Shown here piece after piece: positions 47,578-57,007 of a stretch of 64,000 bases of DNA. Source of the stretch: Candidatus Binatia bacterium (GTDB taxonomy: Bacteria; Desulfobacterota; Binatia; HRBIN30). Both the position numbers and the translations under genes were made by a program. The notes under the pieces were generated by a model that was given only the letters and a program-made list of their open reading frames with translations, was not told the DNA's origin and made no database searches. How positions within the stretch are numbered: position 1 is the first letter of the stretch; each line of letters starts with the position of its first letter. Location: positions 47-64,046 of the forward strand of contig JBIOJG010000030.1 in the NCBI GenBank assembly GCA_044450645.1. The letters run 5' to 3'.

Positions 47578-48978
47578 ATGAGGACGACCCAATGTGTGCG
47601 CGCCGGCTGGGTGATGGGTGCACTGGGAGCGTGCATGCTCGTGGCGGGTGCCGCGCGAGCGGACGTGACCACACAGCGTCCTGGCTCCATTCTGATTTTC
47701 CCGAAGGTTGTGAACGACGGGACGCGTGACACTGTTATCCAAATTACCAATACAAGCAACAGCTTGGACACGGCTCGATGCTTCTATCTTGCGGGCCAAC
47801 TGGGGGCGAACGGGCTGCCGCTTTGCTCTGAGACGGACTTCTTCATCAACCTCACGCGACAGCAGCCGACGATCTGGCGGGCGAGCACCGGCAGAGGCCA
47901 ATTTAGCTCGGATGGACTGTCGCCAGGTCAAGTTCCGCCCGTGCCGCTCGGCTTTACGGGCGCCTTGATCTGTGCCGAGGTCGATTCCAGCCTTGAGGCG
48001 CCGGTGGCGAAAAATGCCCTCAAGGGCGAGGCCACTCTGCTGTCGGCTACCAGCGATGACCAGAGTAAGTACAATGGCATCGCCTTCCTAGGCGGCGCAG
48101 CGAATGATGGCGATAACGTTCTCAATCTCGACAGCAGCGAGTATAACGCCTGCCCGGCCGGGTCGCGCGTAGATTTCATCGCGTCCGATGCCGAGGACCC
48201 GGTGATTGACAGCCTCGGGAACGCCGGCAGATGCAGCCTCGCGGGTGTCCTGACGGCTACGCCCTGCAACACCACCGCCAACTGCACCGGCGGCCAGATC
48301 TGCTCTACTGGCCAATGTAGCAACGGCGCGGCATGCAACGTTGATGCGGATTGCACGACTGGCACTTGTGCGCCGCTAACCGGGGTGACGACTAACGTAA
48401 CGGTCCTTCCGTGCAATCTCGATCTCAATGCGCTTGTGCCGACGGCTGTGTCGCTCGTGCTGAGCGGTAAGGACACCGAGCAGAGCACACTGAGCGGCTC
48501 GAAGACGATGTCCTGCTGGGAAAGCTTCGCGATCGATACCAGTGCAAGCTGCGCCGGAGGTTACGGACGGGTGTGCCTCACGCGGCCGAATACGACGTTT
48601 GCGAGTGTTGACATTACCTCCGGACGGGGCGGACCAGTGATTGCCGTGGCTGAGGCGTTTCACACGGACAGCGTAGGGCACACTTCCACGGCAGCTGTGA
48701 ACCTGCACGTCGAAGGCCAGTGCGTCGGTGCCTGCACGGCCCCGAGCCTGGGGGTTCCTTGCCTGACGTCTGCGGTATGCGGTGCGGGAACCTGCACCGG
48801 GGTAACCAGCATAGGCAGCGAGTGCAACAGCAACGCCGATTGCGGCGGTGGCCTGTGTTCCGGGCCACGGTTCTGCAGCGGCGGAACGGACGCTGGACAA
48901 GCGTGCACCGCTGATGCCAACTGTACCGGTGGCACGTGTCCGTTGCCAAGCGCACGAATTCATCTGCCTGGCGCATGA
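47578..48978 (+). CDS. secreted Cys-rich protein, unknown family (paralog 3 of 4)
   Basis: SD aaggagg. Signal peptide ARA|DVTTQRPGSILIFPKVVNDGTRDTVIQITNTSNS. GALICAEVDSS...LKGEATLL, TVLPCNLDL. Extra Cys-rich C-terminal repeats (CTG.TC). Confidence 0.75.
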   Translation: MRTTQCVRAGWVMGALGACMLVAGAARADVTTQRPGSILIFPKVVNDGTRDTVIQITNTSNSLDTARCFYLAGQLGANGLPLCSETDFFINLTRQQPTIWRASTGRGQFSSDGLSPGQVPPVPLGFTGALICAEVDSSLEAPVAKNALKGEATLLSATSDDQSKYNGIAFLGGAANDGDNVLNLDSSEYNACPAGSRVDFIASDAEDPVIDSLGNAGRCSLAGVLTATPCNTTANCTGGQICSTGQCSNGAACNVDADCTTGTCAPLTGVTTNVTVLPCNLDLNALVPTAVSLVLSGKDTEQSTLSGSKTMSCWESFAIDTSASCAGGYGRVCLTRPNTTFASVDITSGRGGPVIAVAEAFHTDSVGHTSTAAVNLHVEGQCVGACTAPSLGVPCLTSAVCGAGTCTGVTSIGSECNSNADCGGGLCSGPRFCSGGTDAGQACTADANCTGGTCPLPSARIHLPGA

Positions 48979-49047
48979 TGAGGTGCTGACATGGTGATGC
49001 GCGAGGGTGCGGTGGGTAGACGTTCATTGATTGAAAGGAGACGGGCG

Positions 49048-50370
49048 ATGGCGAACCGGGTACGGTCGAGTGCTCTCATCGGTGGTGTCGCGGTGGTTGC
49101 CGTCCTCCTGCTGATGGCCCAGCGTGGTCAGGCGCAGACGGTCGCGTCGGACCGAGCGGCTGGCTACGTTGTATTTCCGAAGGTCCTCGTGGACTCCACG
49201 GACATATTCACGCAGGGACGCAAGGTCGACACATTGATTCAGTTAACCAACACGGCGGAAGCTGCCGGCAGTGATACGGGATGCCGGGTGGTGGAATGCG
49301 TGTACGTGGACGCAACGATGCACTGCACAAACGACGTTACGCGACAGTGTCGGACCAGTGTGGATTGCGCTACGGGAGGAACGTGTGGACGGACCGATGA
49401 CTGGCAGGAGCGGAACTTTTTTATCACCCTGAGTGCCGGACAAGCGATCGGGTGGAGCGCAGATTCGGGGGCAACCCTGCCTGCCGACGCCGCCTGCGGA
49501 ACGACGTCGCAGACGATTCCCTTTGTGCCTGAGAAGTTCTTCATCGGCGAGCTGAAGTGCGTCGAGCTTCAGGCGCAGGACGGTCCACCGCTGAACGCGA
49601 ACGACCTCAAGGGTGAGGCGACGATTTACGAGGTGGCGACTGGAGTGACGCCCACAGGGGGCGTTGATGTACGGTCGTACAACGGTGTGGGTTTACAGGC
49701 GATCAAGACCGACCTGAGCACGCAAAGTGCGAGGTGCGTAGGTGGGACAAATCAAGGCACGGCCTGCACGGCGGACGCACAATGCCTGCCTACGGGGGTG
49801 GGTGTCTGTCTGCCGGTTTTGTGCCTGGGCTCGAATCCAGCGACGGGTGCTGTATGCGGCAGCTCGGCGCAGGCGTATGCCGGATGCCCAAGTACGCTGA
49901 TTCTGAATCACTGGTTTGATGGGGCGCTCAACCCGAAAACCGAGAATCCGATTACTACGGATCTGACGTTAGTGCCGTGTACCGAGGACTTGAGGAAGGT
50001 TGGCGCCGCCGCAACACCCGCAACGACGGTTCAGTTTCTAGTGTACAACGAGTTCGAGCAGCGGTTTTCCGCGAGTACTTCGGTCCGCTGCTTTAAGGAG
50101 ACGCAGCTTTCACGGATTGACACCCTGCCTGGGAATGACAGCGTATCGATTTTCAATTTCAGCGTTCAAGGTACGCTCACCGGGCAGACAAGAATTCGAC
50201 CGATCAACGGCACCGAGCTCGATAAGGGTCATGGCCTGCTCGGCGTTGCCGAGGAGTTTTCCAGGGGCAGTGGCCTCTTCCCGAGGGGCTCCGCGGCGTT
50301 CGATCTAGACTTCACAGGCACGCCGACCGGGAAGGCTGACGTCGTAACGCTTCACGTAAGTACGCCATAG
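49048..50370 (+). CDS. secreted Cys-rich protein, unknown family (paralog 4 of 4)
   Basis: SD aaaggag. Signal peptide. GYVVFPKVLVDS...DTLIQLTNTAEA, GELKCVELQ...LKGEATIYEV, TDLTLVPCTEDL, VQFLVYNEFEQRFSASTSVRCF, GQTRIRP, LLGVAEEF. Confidence 0.75.
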   Translation: MANRVRSSALIGGVAVVAVLLLMAQRGQAQTVASDRAAGYVVFPKVLVDSTDIFTQGRKVDTLIQLTNTAEAAGSDTGCRVVECVYVDATMHCTNDVTRQCRTSVDCATGGTCGRTDDWQERNFFITLSAGQAIGWSADSGATLPADAACGTTSQTIPFVPEKFFIGELKCVELQAQDGPPLNANDLKGEATIYEVATGVTPTGGVDVRSYNGVGLQAIKTDLSTQSARCVGGTNQGTACTADAQCLPTGVGVCLPVLCLGSNPATGAVCGSSAQAYAGCPSTLILNHWFDGALNPKTENPITTDLTLVPCTEDLRKVGAAATPATTVQFLVYNEFEQRFSASTSVRCFKETQLSRIDTLPGNDSVSIFNFSVQGTLTGQTRIRPINGTELDKGHGLLGVAEEFSRGSGLFPRGSAAFDLDFTGTPTGKADVVTLHVSTP

Positions 50371-50403
50371 GGATGAGTTAATTCGGGTTTGCTTGCCAGG
50401 AGA

Positions 50404-50438
50404 GGGGCCGGCCGCGCTTGCGACCGGCCCTTTCTTTT
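50404..50438 (+). terminator. rho-independent terminator after the paralog array (GGGCCGGCCGC/GCGACCGGCCC stem, TTTCTTTT)
   Basis: Stem of 7+3 bp with one mismatch, 4-nt loop, U-rich tail. Lies 34 nt after the paralog-4 stop. Confidence 0.45.
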
Positions 50439-50601
50439 GCGTAGGGCGCCGGCATTCGGCGCTCGCGGCGTTCATGGCAGACCGCGTGCGCTCGGTGCTG
50501 CGCAGCCCGGCAGGCGCTGTGTCGCAAGGGGAGGGGAGCGGCGCTGCGCTTCATGGGGCTAGGAATTAGAAGGTCGCTGTGTGCAAGCAGAGGCGCACGT
50601 G

Positions 50602-51000
50602 ATGGCACGGAAGAAGATCCTGGTCGTTGAGGATAATCTCGATAATCGCAGGATCCTCGTCTATCGGCTTCGTCGAATTGGAGATTTCGAGATTCTGGAA
50701 GCTGGGAACGGCATAGAGGCGTTGAGGTTGGTAGAGGGAGAAGTGCCTGACCTGATCTTTATGGATCTTAAGATGCCAGTTATGGACGGGTGGGAAGCAA
50801 CGAGGCGTATTCGTGCGGGTGGGGATGCGCGCCGGATTCCCATTATTGCGCTGACGGCTCAGGCGATGGCAGGGGATGAGCAGAAGGCGTTAGCGGCAGG
50901 CTGTGATGATTACGTTGCAAAGCCAATCGTTGACCCGGACCTGATCCGTGAGAAGCTTGAGCGTCTGTTGAACTGGGACGCTGCACTCCTGAAGGGGTAG
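50602..51000 (+). CDS. single-domain response regulator (CheY-like receiver)
   Basis: KILVVEDN...D, DLIFMDLKMPVMDGWE, ALTA...KPI receiver motifs. No output domain. Confidence 0.8.
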   Translation: MARKKILVVEDNLDNRRILVYRLRRIGDFEILEAGNGIEALRLVEGEVPDLIFMDLKMPVMDGWEATRRIRAGGDARRIPIIALTAQAMAGDEQKALAAGCDDYVAKPIVDPDLIREKLERLLNWDAALLKG

Positions 51001-51206
51001 AGTCGGTTACGGTCTGGATTCCTCTCGACAGACTTCCGACTGGTCTTAGCAGGCCACCGGCGATGGAATACGCACACACCATCAGCGGGCGGCAATGCCG
51101 ATGGGAATGCCGCGAGTGTGTTGCTGCCGCGGAGACACGTACCATCGATTCGCTGGCAACCCTCTCCCAGGAGGTAAACGGAGCGTGAGGTGGCGCACTC
51201 TGTGAC

Positions 51207-51449
51207 TCAGACTTGGGGTACGGGTGCTTCGCTGTTGCCGTTCTTTCGAGCAAAGCCAGCCGTATGGTGGCCGTGCCGCTCGGCAAACTCAATTAGTGTC
51301 GCTCTTGCGAGTTTGCTCGGGCGAAAACGCCCGTTTTCCCAGCGGTTCACCGTGCCGACCGTGATGCCCAATTCATGGGCGAACTCCTCTTGGGTCATCT
51401 TGAGTTCACGGCGCAGGGCGCGAACGAATTCTCCTGCTTCTTCCAACAT
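51207..51449 (-). CDS. XRE-family helix-turn-helix transcriptional regulator
   Basis: LRRELKMTQEEFAHELGITVGTVNRWENGRFRPS is the canonical HTH_XRE. Confidence 0.75.
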   Translation of the reverse strand: MLEEAGEFVRALRRELKMTQEEFAHELGITVGTVNRWENGRFRPSKLARATLIEFAERHGHHTAGFARKNGNSEAPVPQV

Positions 51450-51653
51450 GGCAGAGTTCCTCCGGTATTCTTGCAGCGCTCGCTGCAGGTATTCTCATGC
51501 AAGTGGAAAGAGCAAGTCAGGTGCCACGGTAGATTCACCTTCAGGTGGTGCTCAAAATACAGAGAGCATCTGTCACGCCTATGGCGTCGCCTCGATTACC
51601 GGTCCTTTTCGTGACGAGTGGAACAGCGGGCAACGCCGCGAGCCTTCAGAGGG

Positions 51654-52787
51654 CTAGCTGCCGAAAAATCGGCGTTTGTCAGCTGGGAGGGCAACGCGGT
51701 ACTTCTCCTCGAGTAGCGCGGAGGGCAGGTAAGTGCGGTCAAGCGCCAGCCGGAGCCGCCACACTTGGTCGCATGCGCGTACGAGGGAAGTGAGCTGCTC
51801 GGGGAACAGACCCTGAAAACCATCCGATTTGGCGATCAGGGGGTTGGGATGTACCTCGACGAGCACGACCGAGGCGCCGGCCACAATACCCGCCAAGGTC
51901 ATCGGATGAACCAGGTCTCGAATCCCGGTTCCGTGCGAGGCGTCGACGGCAACCGGGAGCCCTGAGAGCTGGTAGTGGAAGGCGGCGACGCTGCCGAGAT
52001 CGAGTGTGTTTCGCGTGTAGCGATTGCAGGTCGTTATACCACGTTCGCACAGAATGACGTTTTCCTTCCCGCCGGACATGATGCGTTCAACCCAGAGGAG
52101 GTACGCTTCCGTGTCGAGGGAATTGCCGCGCTTGTGTATCACCGGCAATGGAGTGCTGCGCAGGCGGTTGAGCAGTGCCTGGTTCTTCGAATTGGGCTCC
52201 CCTACCTGCAGACAGTCGATGCCCGCATCCTCGTACAGCGGTACATCAGCGGGATCGAGGATCTCCACTACCGTGGGAAGTCCGTACTCCCGGCCAGCCT
52301 TGACGACCAGGTCTAGTCCTTTGCGGAGCGATTCGTGGTCGGCACCCACAAGTCCTTCCCACCCGCTGTACGGACTGGAGCGGTATTTGAGCACTCCGCC
52401 GCGCAGGGCTCTGCAACCGGCGGTCTTCACGATGCGAGCAGCCTCGATGATTTGGGCTTCACTCTCGACCGAACACGGTCCCCCAATCACTACAAGGTCC
52501 TGTCCCCCACATACCACCTGTCCGATAGCGACCCGCTGGTGCACCAAGTGGCCGGGAGAGCCTTTCTGGGCTGCCCGTTTGTAGGCTCTGGAGATCGGGA
52601 TCAGTACTTCGACCCCCGCCATCTCTTCGATTTCCCCACTCGGGAGTCGGCTGATGTCTCCGTAGACGCCGATCAGGGTGATCTCTTCGCCCACGAGGAT
52701 GCCAGTTTTGAAGCCAAGATCAGCCAAGCGATCCTCGATGGCGCGCACCTCATCGGTGCTACTGCCAGGTCGCATTTTGACTAGCAT
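51654..52787 (-). CDS. 3-deoxy-7-phosphoheptulonate (DAHP) synthase, class I-beta, with N-terminal ferredoxin-like regulatory domain
   Basis: 377 aa. Catalytic barrel motifs GPCSVES, KYRSSPYS, HKRGNS, CERGI, DASHG. About 90-aa N-terminal extension as in the Thermotoga-type enzyme. Confidence 0.85.
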   Translation of the reverse strand: MLVKMRPGSSTDEVRAIEDRLADLGFKTGILVGEEITLIGVYGDISRLPSGEIEEMAGVEVLIPISRAYKRAAQKGSPGHLVHQRVAIGQVVCGGQDLVVIGGPCSVESEAQIIEAARIVKTAGCRALRGGVLKYRSSPYSGWEGLVGADHESLRKGLDLVVKAGREYGLPTVVEILDPADVPLYEDAGIDCLQVGEPNSKNQALLNRLRSTPLPVIHKRGNSLDTEAYLLWVERIMSGGKENVILCERGITTCNRYTRNTLDLGSVAAFHYQLSGLPVAVDASHGTGIRDLVHPMTLAGIVAGASVVLVEVHPNPLIAKSDGFQGLFPEQLTSLVRACDQVWRLRLALDRTYLPSALLEEKYRVALPADKRRFFGS

Positions 52788-52835
52788 CTTGCGTAACCCA
52801 ACGGACGCCGAGCGCGTAGCGCTTGAGTCCGGTTC

Positions 52836-53276
52836 CTAGGCTGCCGGTGGCGCTCCGACGGCAATCCGCTGCGGCAGGTTAGCTGCTTCGTTGCCTTGCG
52901 GTCGAATGTCTTTCGTCCGCAAGTTGACGCGCCACAGCGCAACTTTTCGCTCGGAACGCTCGGTCCACAGAAGAGTCACCTCGTATTCCGGCCCCTCGCG
53001 CTGAGTTGCGTCCCAGCTGAATTCACCAACGTAGACGTCCTGCGCCTTCGCCTTGAGGGAGTACGCACGGATCATGTCGTACAGGGTGTCGTTTCCCAGC
53101 GGCTTATAGTTTCTCACCAGCTCGATGGCATCGTTCTTTTTGTCCGCCCACCGTTCGCCCATGATGAGTGGCGCGCCGACGTACCAGGCGAAGGCGATTG
53201 AGAACACTGCCAGGCTTCCCCATCCCAAGATGGTCCCCCGTGTGCTCTCATGCTTCCCGTCCGCATTCTGCGTCAT
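52836..53276 (-). CDS. hypothetical N-terminally membrane-anchored protein
   Basis: 146 aa. One TM (ILGWGSLAVFSIAFAWYVGAPLI). No recognised motifs. Confidence 0.4.
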   Translation of the reverse strand: MTQNADGKHESTRGTILGWGSLAVFSIAFAWYVGAPLIMGERWADKKNDAIELVRNYKPLGNDTLYDMIRAYSLKAKAQDVYVGEFSWDATQREGPEYEVTLLWTERSERKVALWRVNLRTKDIRPQGNEAANLPQRIAVGAPPAA

Positions 53277-53582
53277 ACCATCATCCCTCCTACGATCTCG
53301 CTGCAGCGTGGTACGTCAGGTGTGTGGAGCAGCCCGGATCAAACTCAAGCCCGTCATCCCGTCAACTGAGGCCAGTTTTGCCGCAATTAGCTGACCAGGA
53401 GTGCGAACGCAAGCGCCGACCAAGGTCGCCCGCCGCCGTCCAAAAACGCACCAGCGTCAAATACTTTCCGTCAGCTGAGCCGCCCCAAAAGGATAACGAA
53501 GACAGCCGGGCGAATTCCTTCTCTGGCACACTGCTTGCCATGTCAAATGCTCCGTGCGGCCCGAAATTGGAGGAATGTCGTG

Positions 53583-54059
53583 ATGGATGGACGTAAGCCG
53601 GTTGTCATTCTCTTGGTGGAAGACGATGACGGTCACGCACGTTTGCTCGAGAAGAACCTGCGCCGGGCCGGTGTGGTGAACCGCCTGATGCGGGTGGCCG
53701 ACGGTCAGGAGGCCGTCGATTACTTCTCACGCGCCAGCTCATTTCAGGACAACAACGCCTACCCCCTTCCGAGCATTGTTCTCCTCGATGTGCGCATGCC
53801 GCGTCTTGACGGCTTCGAGGTGCTGGCCCATCTGAAAGGCGATCCGCAGTTGTTGAATATCCCTGTGATCATGCTGACGTCCACAGACAACCAAGCTGAG
53901 ATCAACAAGGCCTATCAGATGGGGGCCAACGGTTATGTCGTCAAGCCGGTGGGTGTCGAAGCCTTTATCGATCGCGTAGGGAAGCTGGGTATGTTCATCG
54001 AGGTCATCGAGTTCCCGGAAAATCATGGAAAGCAAAGTAGCGCAGCAGTCAGCGGGTGA
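53583..54059 (+). CDS. single-domain response regulator (receiver)
   Basis: VVILLVEDDDGHARLLEKNL, LLDVRMPRLDGFEV, MLTS...K receiver motifs. 3' end overlaps the next gene. Confidence 0.8.
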   Translation: MDGRKPVVILLVEDDDGHARLLEKNLRRAGVVNRLMRVADGQEAVDYFSRASSFQDNNAYPLPSIVLLDVRMPRLDGFEVLAHLKGDPQLLNIPVIMLTSTDNQAEINKAYQMGANGYVVKPVGVEAFIDRVGKLGMFIEVIEFPENHGKQSSAAVSG

Positions 54060-55500
54060 TATTCTCCTCGTCGAGGACGATCCCGGTCAGGCCCGTCTTG
54101 TCGAGAAGACGCTTACACGGGCTGGCTTACGGGTGAGCCACGTGCCGGACGGGAGTGCGTGTCTCGAACGGGTGCGGCGGCAGCCCCCGGACTTTTTACT
54201 GCTGGACCGTGGCTTGCCCGACGGAGACGGACTCGACGTGTTGCGGACGCTCCACGCGGAGTTTCCACAGGTGTGTGTCATCATGCTGACCGGCGCGGAT
54301 GACGCTACGGTTGCTGTCGACGCGATGCGCCTCGGTGCGTGGGATTACGTCGTGAAACGGCCCGACCTTTCCCACTTGAACGATCTGCGGCTGGTGCTGG
54401 ATCGCAATCGAGAGCGGCGGCGCCTGTTGCAGGAGCACGAGGCCCTCAATCAAGCCGTTCGCACCTCGGAAGAGCGATTCCGCGAATTGTTCAATAACGC
54501 CTCCGACGCGATCTTCGTGTGCGGCGACACCGGCGTGCTGCAGCAGGTCAACCAAGCCTTCGTCGACATCATCGGCCTCGACCGCGCGGAGATCGAGGGC
54601 AAGCATCTGGACAATTACCTCGCGCCCACCACGCTGACCCGGACGCAAGATCTACGGGAAGGCAGCCTGCGGGCGGAACGGCAGCCAGCCACGGAGGTGC
54701 ACTTGGTTTCGAAAAGCGGCCGCACGACGGTTCTGGAAGTGACCACGCGACCGATGTCTGAAAAAGGGCAGGTGACCGGTTTCCAGGGGATTGGGCGTGA
54801 CGTGACCGAGCAACGCCAGATCGAGCAGATGAAGGCGGATTTTCTGGCGATGGTTACCCACGACATGAAAAACCCCGTCAGCATCATCGTTGGCTACGCC
54901 GAGATCCTGCTGAACGACAGCGCCCTCCATCCGGACTGGCACGAGATGCTGGTGAGCATCGACTCCAGCGCACGCGGCTTGCTGCACCTGATCACGAACT
55001 TCTTGGACCTTTCGAAGATCGAGGCTGGAGCCCTGCGATTACACCAGGTTGAGATCAGTATCAATGAAGTCTTGCACCACATCGTTCAGTTCGAGCATCC
55101 TCTGGCCCGCGCCAAGAATATCGAGGTCGTCGAGAATTTCCAGCCGGTGCCAATCGTGCACGTGGATCGCTCGCAGATGGACCGTGTCTTCATCAATCTT
55201 ATCGGCAACGCCATCAAGTTCACCCCTCGCGGCGGTCAGGTTCGCGTCGACACCTGCAGTCACAATGGCACGGTTGAAATTCACATTAGCGACACCGGGC
55301 CGGGTATTCCTCCGGAGCAGGTACCGCAGCTGTTTCGGAAGTATCAGCGCCTCTCGTCGACCAGTGGAGCTGACGGCACGGGGCTCGGCCTCTTCATCGC
55401 AAAATCAATGATTGAGGCGCACGGTGGGAGCGTGGCAGTAAAGAGCGTGCCGAATGCGGGTGCGACCTTCATTGTTGCGCTGCCGGCCACACGCCGCTAG
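54025..55500 (+). CDS. hybrid sensor: receiver domain - PAS - histidine kinase (HisKA + HATPase_c)
   Basis: DILLVEDD...LLLDRGLPDGDG receiver. PAS (EERFRELFNNASDAIFVCGD). H-box THDMKNPVSII. N/G1/G2 boxes (NLIGNAIKFT, DTGPGIP, GTGLGL). Confidence 0.85.
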   Translation: MESKVAQQSAGDILLVEDDPGQARLVEKTLTRAGLRVSHVPDGSACLERVRRQPPDFLLLDRGLPDGDGLDVLRTLHAEFPQVCVIMLTGADDATVAVDAMRLGAWDYVVKRPDLSHLNDLRLVLDRNRERRRLLQEHEALNQAVRTSEERFRELFNNASDAIFVCGDTGVLQQVNQAFVDIIGLDRAEIEGKHLDNYLAPTTLTRTQDLREGSLRAERQPATEVHLVSKSGRTTVLEVTTRPMSEKGQVTGFQGIGRDVTEQRQIEQMKADFLAMVTHDMKNPVSIIVGYAEILLNDSALHPDWHEMLVSIDSSARGLLHLITNFLDLSKIEAGALRLHQVEISINEVLHHIVQFEHPLARAKNIEVVENFQPVPIVHVDRSQMDRVFINLIGNAIKFTPRGGQVRVDTCSHNGTVEIHISDTGPGIPPEQVPQLFRKYQRLSSTSGADGTGLGLFIAKSMIEAHGGSVAVKSVPNAGATFIVALPATRR

Positions 55501-56144
55501 TCGCGGAGAGGTCGGTACAGTCGGTACTCCAACGGTTGATCGGGTGGCTGGGTGGCGCTATGTCTGGCGATGTCGTCGAAGTGCACGCGCGCCCTCTCGA
55601 AAGCGTCAGCATCGACCCAGTGGGAGAACGACCCCACCAGCAAGGGCTCTTCAAACCCGCGAAACATAATGTTGGCGAGATGGCCGCTTTGGCCGGAAAG
55701 TGTACGCCACAACTTCTCCTCCTGCCCATGCCACTTGTCACTGTTGCTGGCCAGGTGGATGAGGACGCTGGCGGCTATGGCACCATCCGGCAGATCGAGC
55801 CCCTTGGTGGAGGTGACGGGTCCTCCGATCTCCACGATCAGTCGGTGTGGCCCGGTGCTGAGCACCGCACGGGCGCGTCGCATTAGTGGCGTCCCCTGCA
55901 GGTGCTGGCGGGCGCCGTCGAGAGCCTTTTTGCTTTCCCATTCCGAGTAAACCAAGCGCTGCAGTGGTTCCCTGAGGTTCTGATAGATACGGTGGGTGAC
56001 GTAGCCTTGTTTGCGGCGGAGGATTTGCCAGGTTTCGCGCTCGTACTGCGCCAGCGCCGGCTCGGTGCCGGCGCGTATCGTCATCGTCAGCAATTCAGCG
56101 ATCGGTCTCTTCATGGGCCCACGATTGCCCTTTTTGCCGTCCAA
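55497..56144 (-). CDS. hypothetical protein, possibly tandem ABM (antibiotic-biosynthesis-monooxygenase-like) ferredoxin-fold domains
   Basis: 215 aa. Two similar halves each with the Y..E.W.S......H pattern. Weak call. Confidence 0.35.
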   Translation of the reverse strand: MDGKKGNRGPMKRPIAELLTMTIRAGTEPALAQYERETWQILRRKQGYVTHRIYQNLREPLQRLVYSEWESKKALDGARQHLQGTPLMRRARAVLSTGPHRLIVEIGGPVTSTKGLDLPDGAIAASVLIHLASNSDKWHGQEEKLWRTLSGQSGHLANIMFRGFEEPLLVGSFSHWVDADAFERARVHFDDIARHSATQPPDQPLEYRLYRPLRD

Positions 56145-56236
56145 CTCAAGTCGCTTCGCACAGCCGGCGTGCGTGTTGGAATCATGCGGTCAGGAAGGTA
56201 GAGATGCGACGCGTGCGCCGCAGTCGACGGGACGCC

Positions 56237-56974
56237 TCAGAGCTGACGCGGAGCGGGCGTGCTCCGCACTGCGCGCCTGCCCTTGCGCAACAGAGGAATC
56301 GAGAGGATCTTCTCCTCTTGCAGAATCTCCCAGATGACACCACGCGGTCGCGGATGCAGACTCGGCGCCGCGATCACCTGATCCGGAGTGATGACGAAAT
56401 CGACCGGGATGTCGTGCCCGCGCATGGGGAGTCGATCGTCGATGATTTGCGCCGGATGGATGGTGGTGAGGATCGGGGTGTACTCCCGGATCTTCCCTTC
56501 ACTGCGCAAGAGCGCATACTCCAGGTCGCCGTAGCCGCCGCCCCGGCCGAGGCGTGCACCTTGGCGGTTCACGGCTACGGATCCGCAGACGACCAGGTCG
56601 ACGGGGCGTATCTCGTGCGGTGCAATCAAGCGCCCAAACTGCATGGCGCCAGTGATGCTGCCCACTCGAGCGATCTTCGCGCCGAGTCTATCCGGGTCCA
56701 GCTCGATGAAGCAACGTTCGCTGCGCAGCCGCGGCATTGCCAGGTAGACGATCTTGCCTTCGCGCAACGCCGCGCGCCGGATGGGAAGCTGTGGCGCATC
56801 CAAGTTGATTTTGACGGCTCTGGCGCGCTTCCACATGGGTAGCTCGCATAGCAGTCGTGCGGCGCGATCGGAGCCAACGAAGTTGGGGATGCGCGCATCA
56901 ACCCCTGGAAAGCGTGCCACGCCCGCGAGCATGAGCCGCGTGCGCACCCTCTGGCGAATGTCATCTTTCGTCAT
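56237..56974 (-). CDS. 5-formyltetrahydrofolate cyclo-ligase family protein
   Basis: VDLVVCGSVAVNRQGARLGRGGGYGDLEY matches the 5-FCL GxGxGYYD-type motif region. Confidence 0.65.
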   Translation of the reverse strand: MTKDDIRQRVRTRLMLAGVARFPGVDARIPNFVGSDRAARLLCELPMWKRARAVKINLDAPQLPIRRAALREGKIVYLAMPRLRSERCFIELDPDRLGAKIARVGSITGAMQFGRLIAPHEIRPVDLVVCGSVAVNRQGARLGRGGGYGDLEYALLRSEGKIREYTPILTTIHPAQIIDDRLPMRGHDIPVDFVITPDQVIAAPSLHPRPRGVIWEILQEEKILSIPLLRKGRRAVRSTPAPRQL

Positions 56975-57007
56975 GGAAGACGGTTGCGAGATGCACAAAA
57001 ATCGGTA

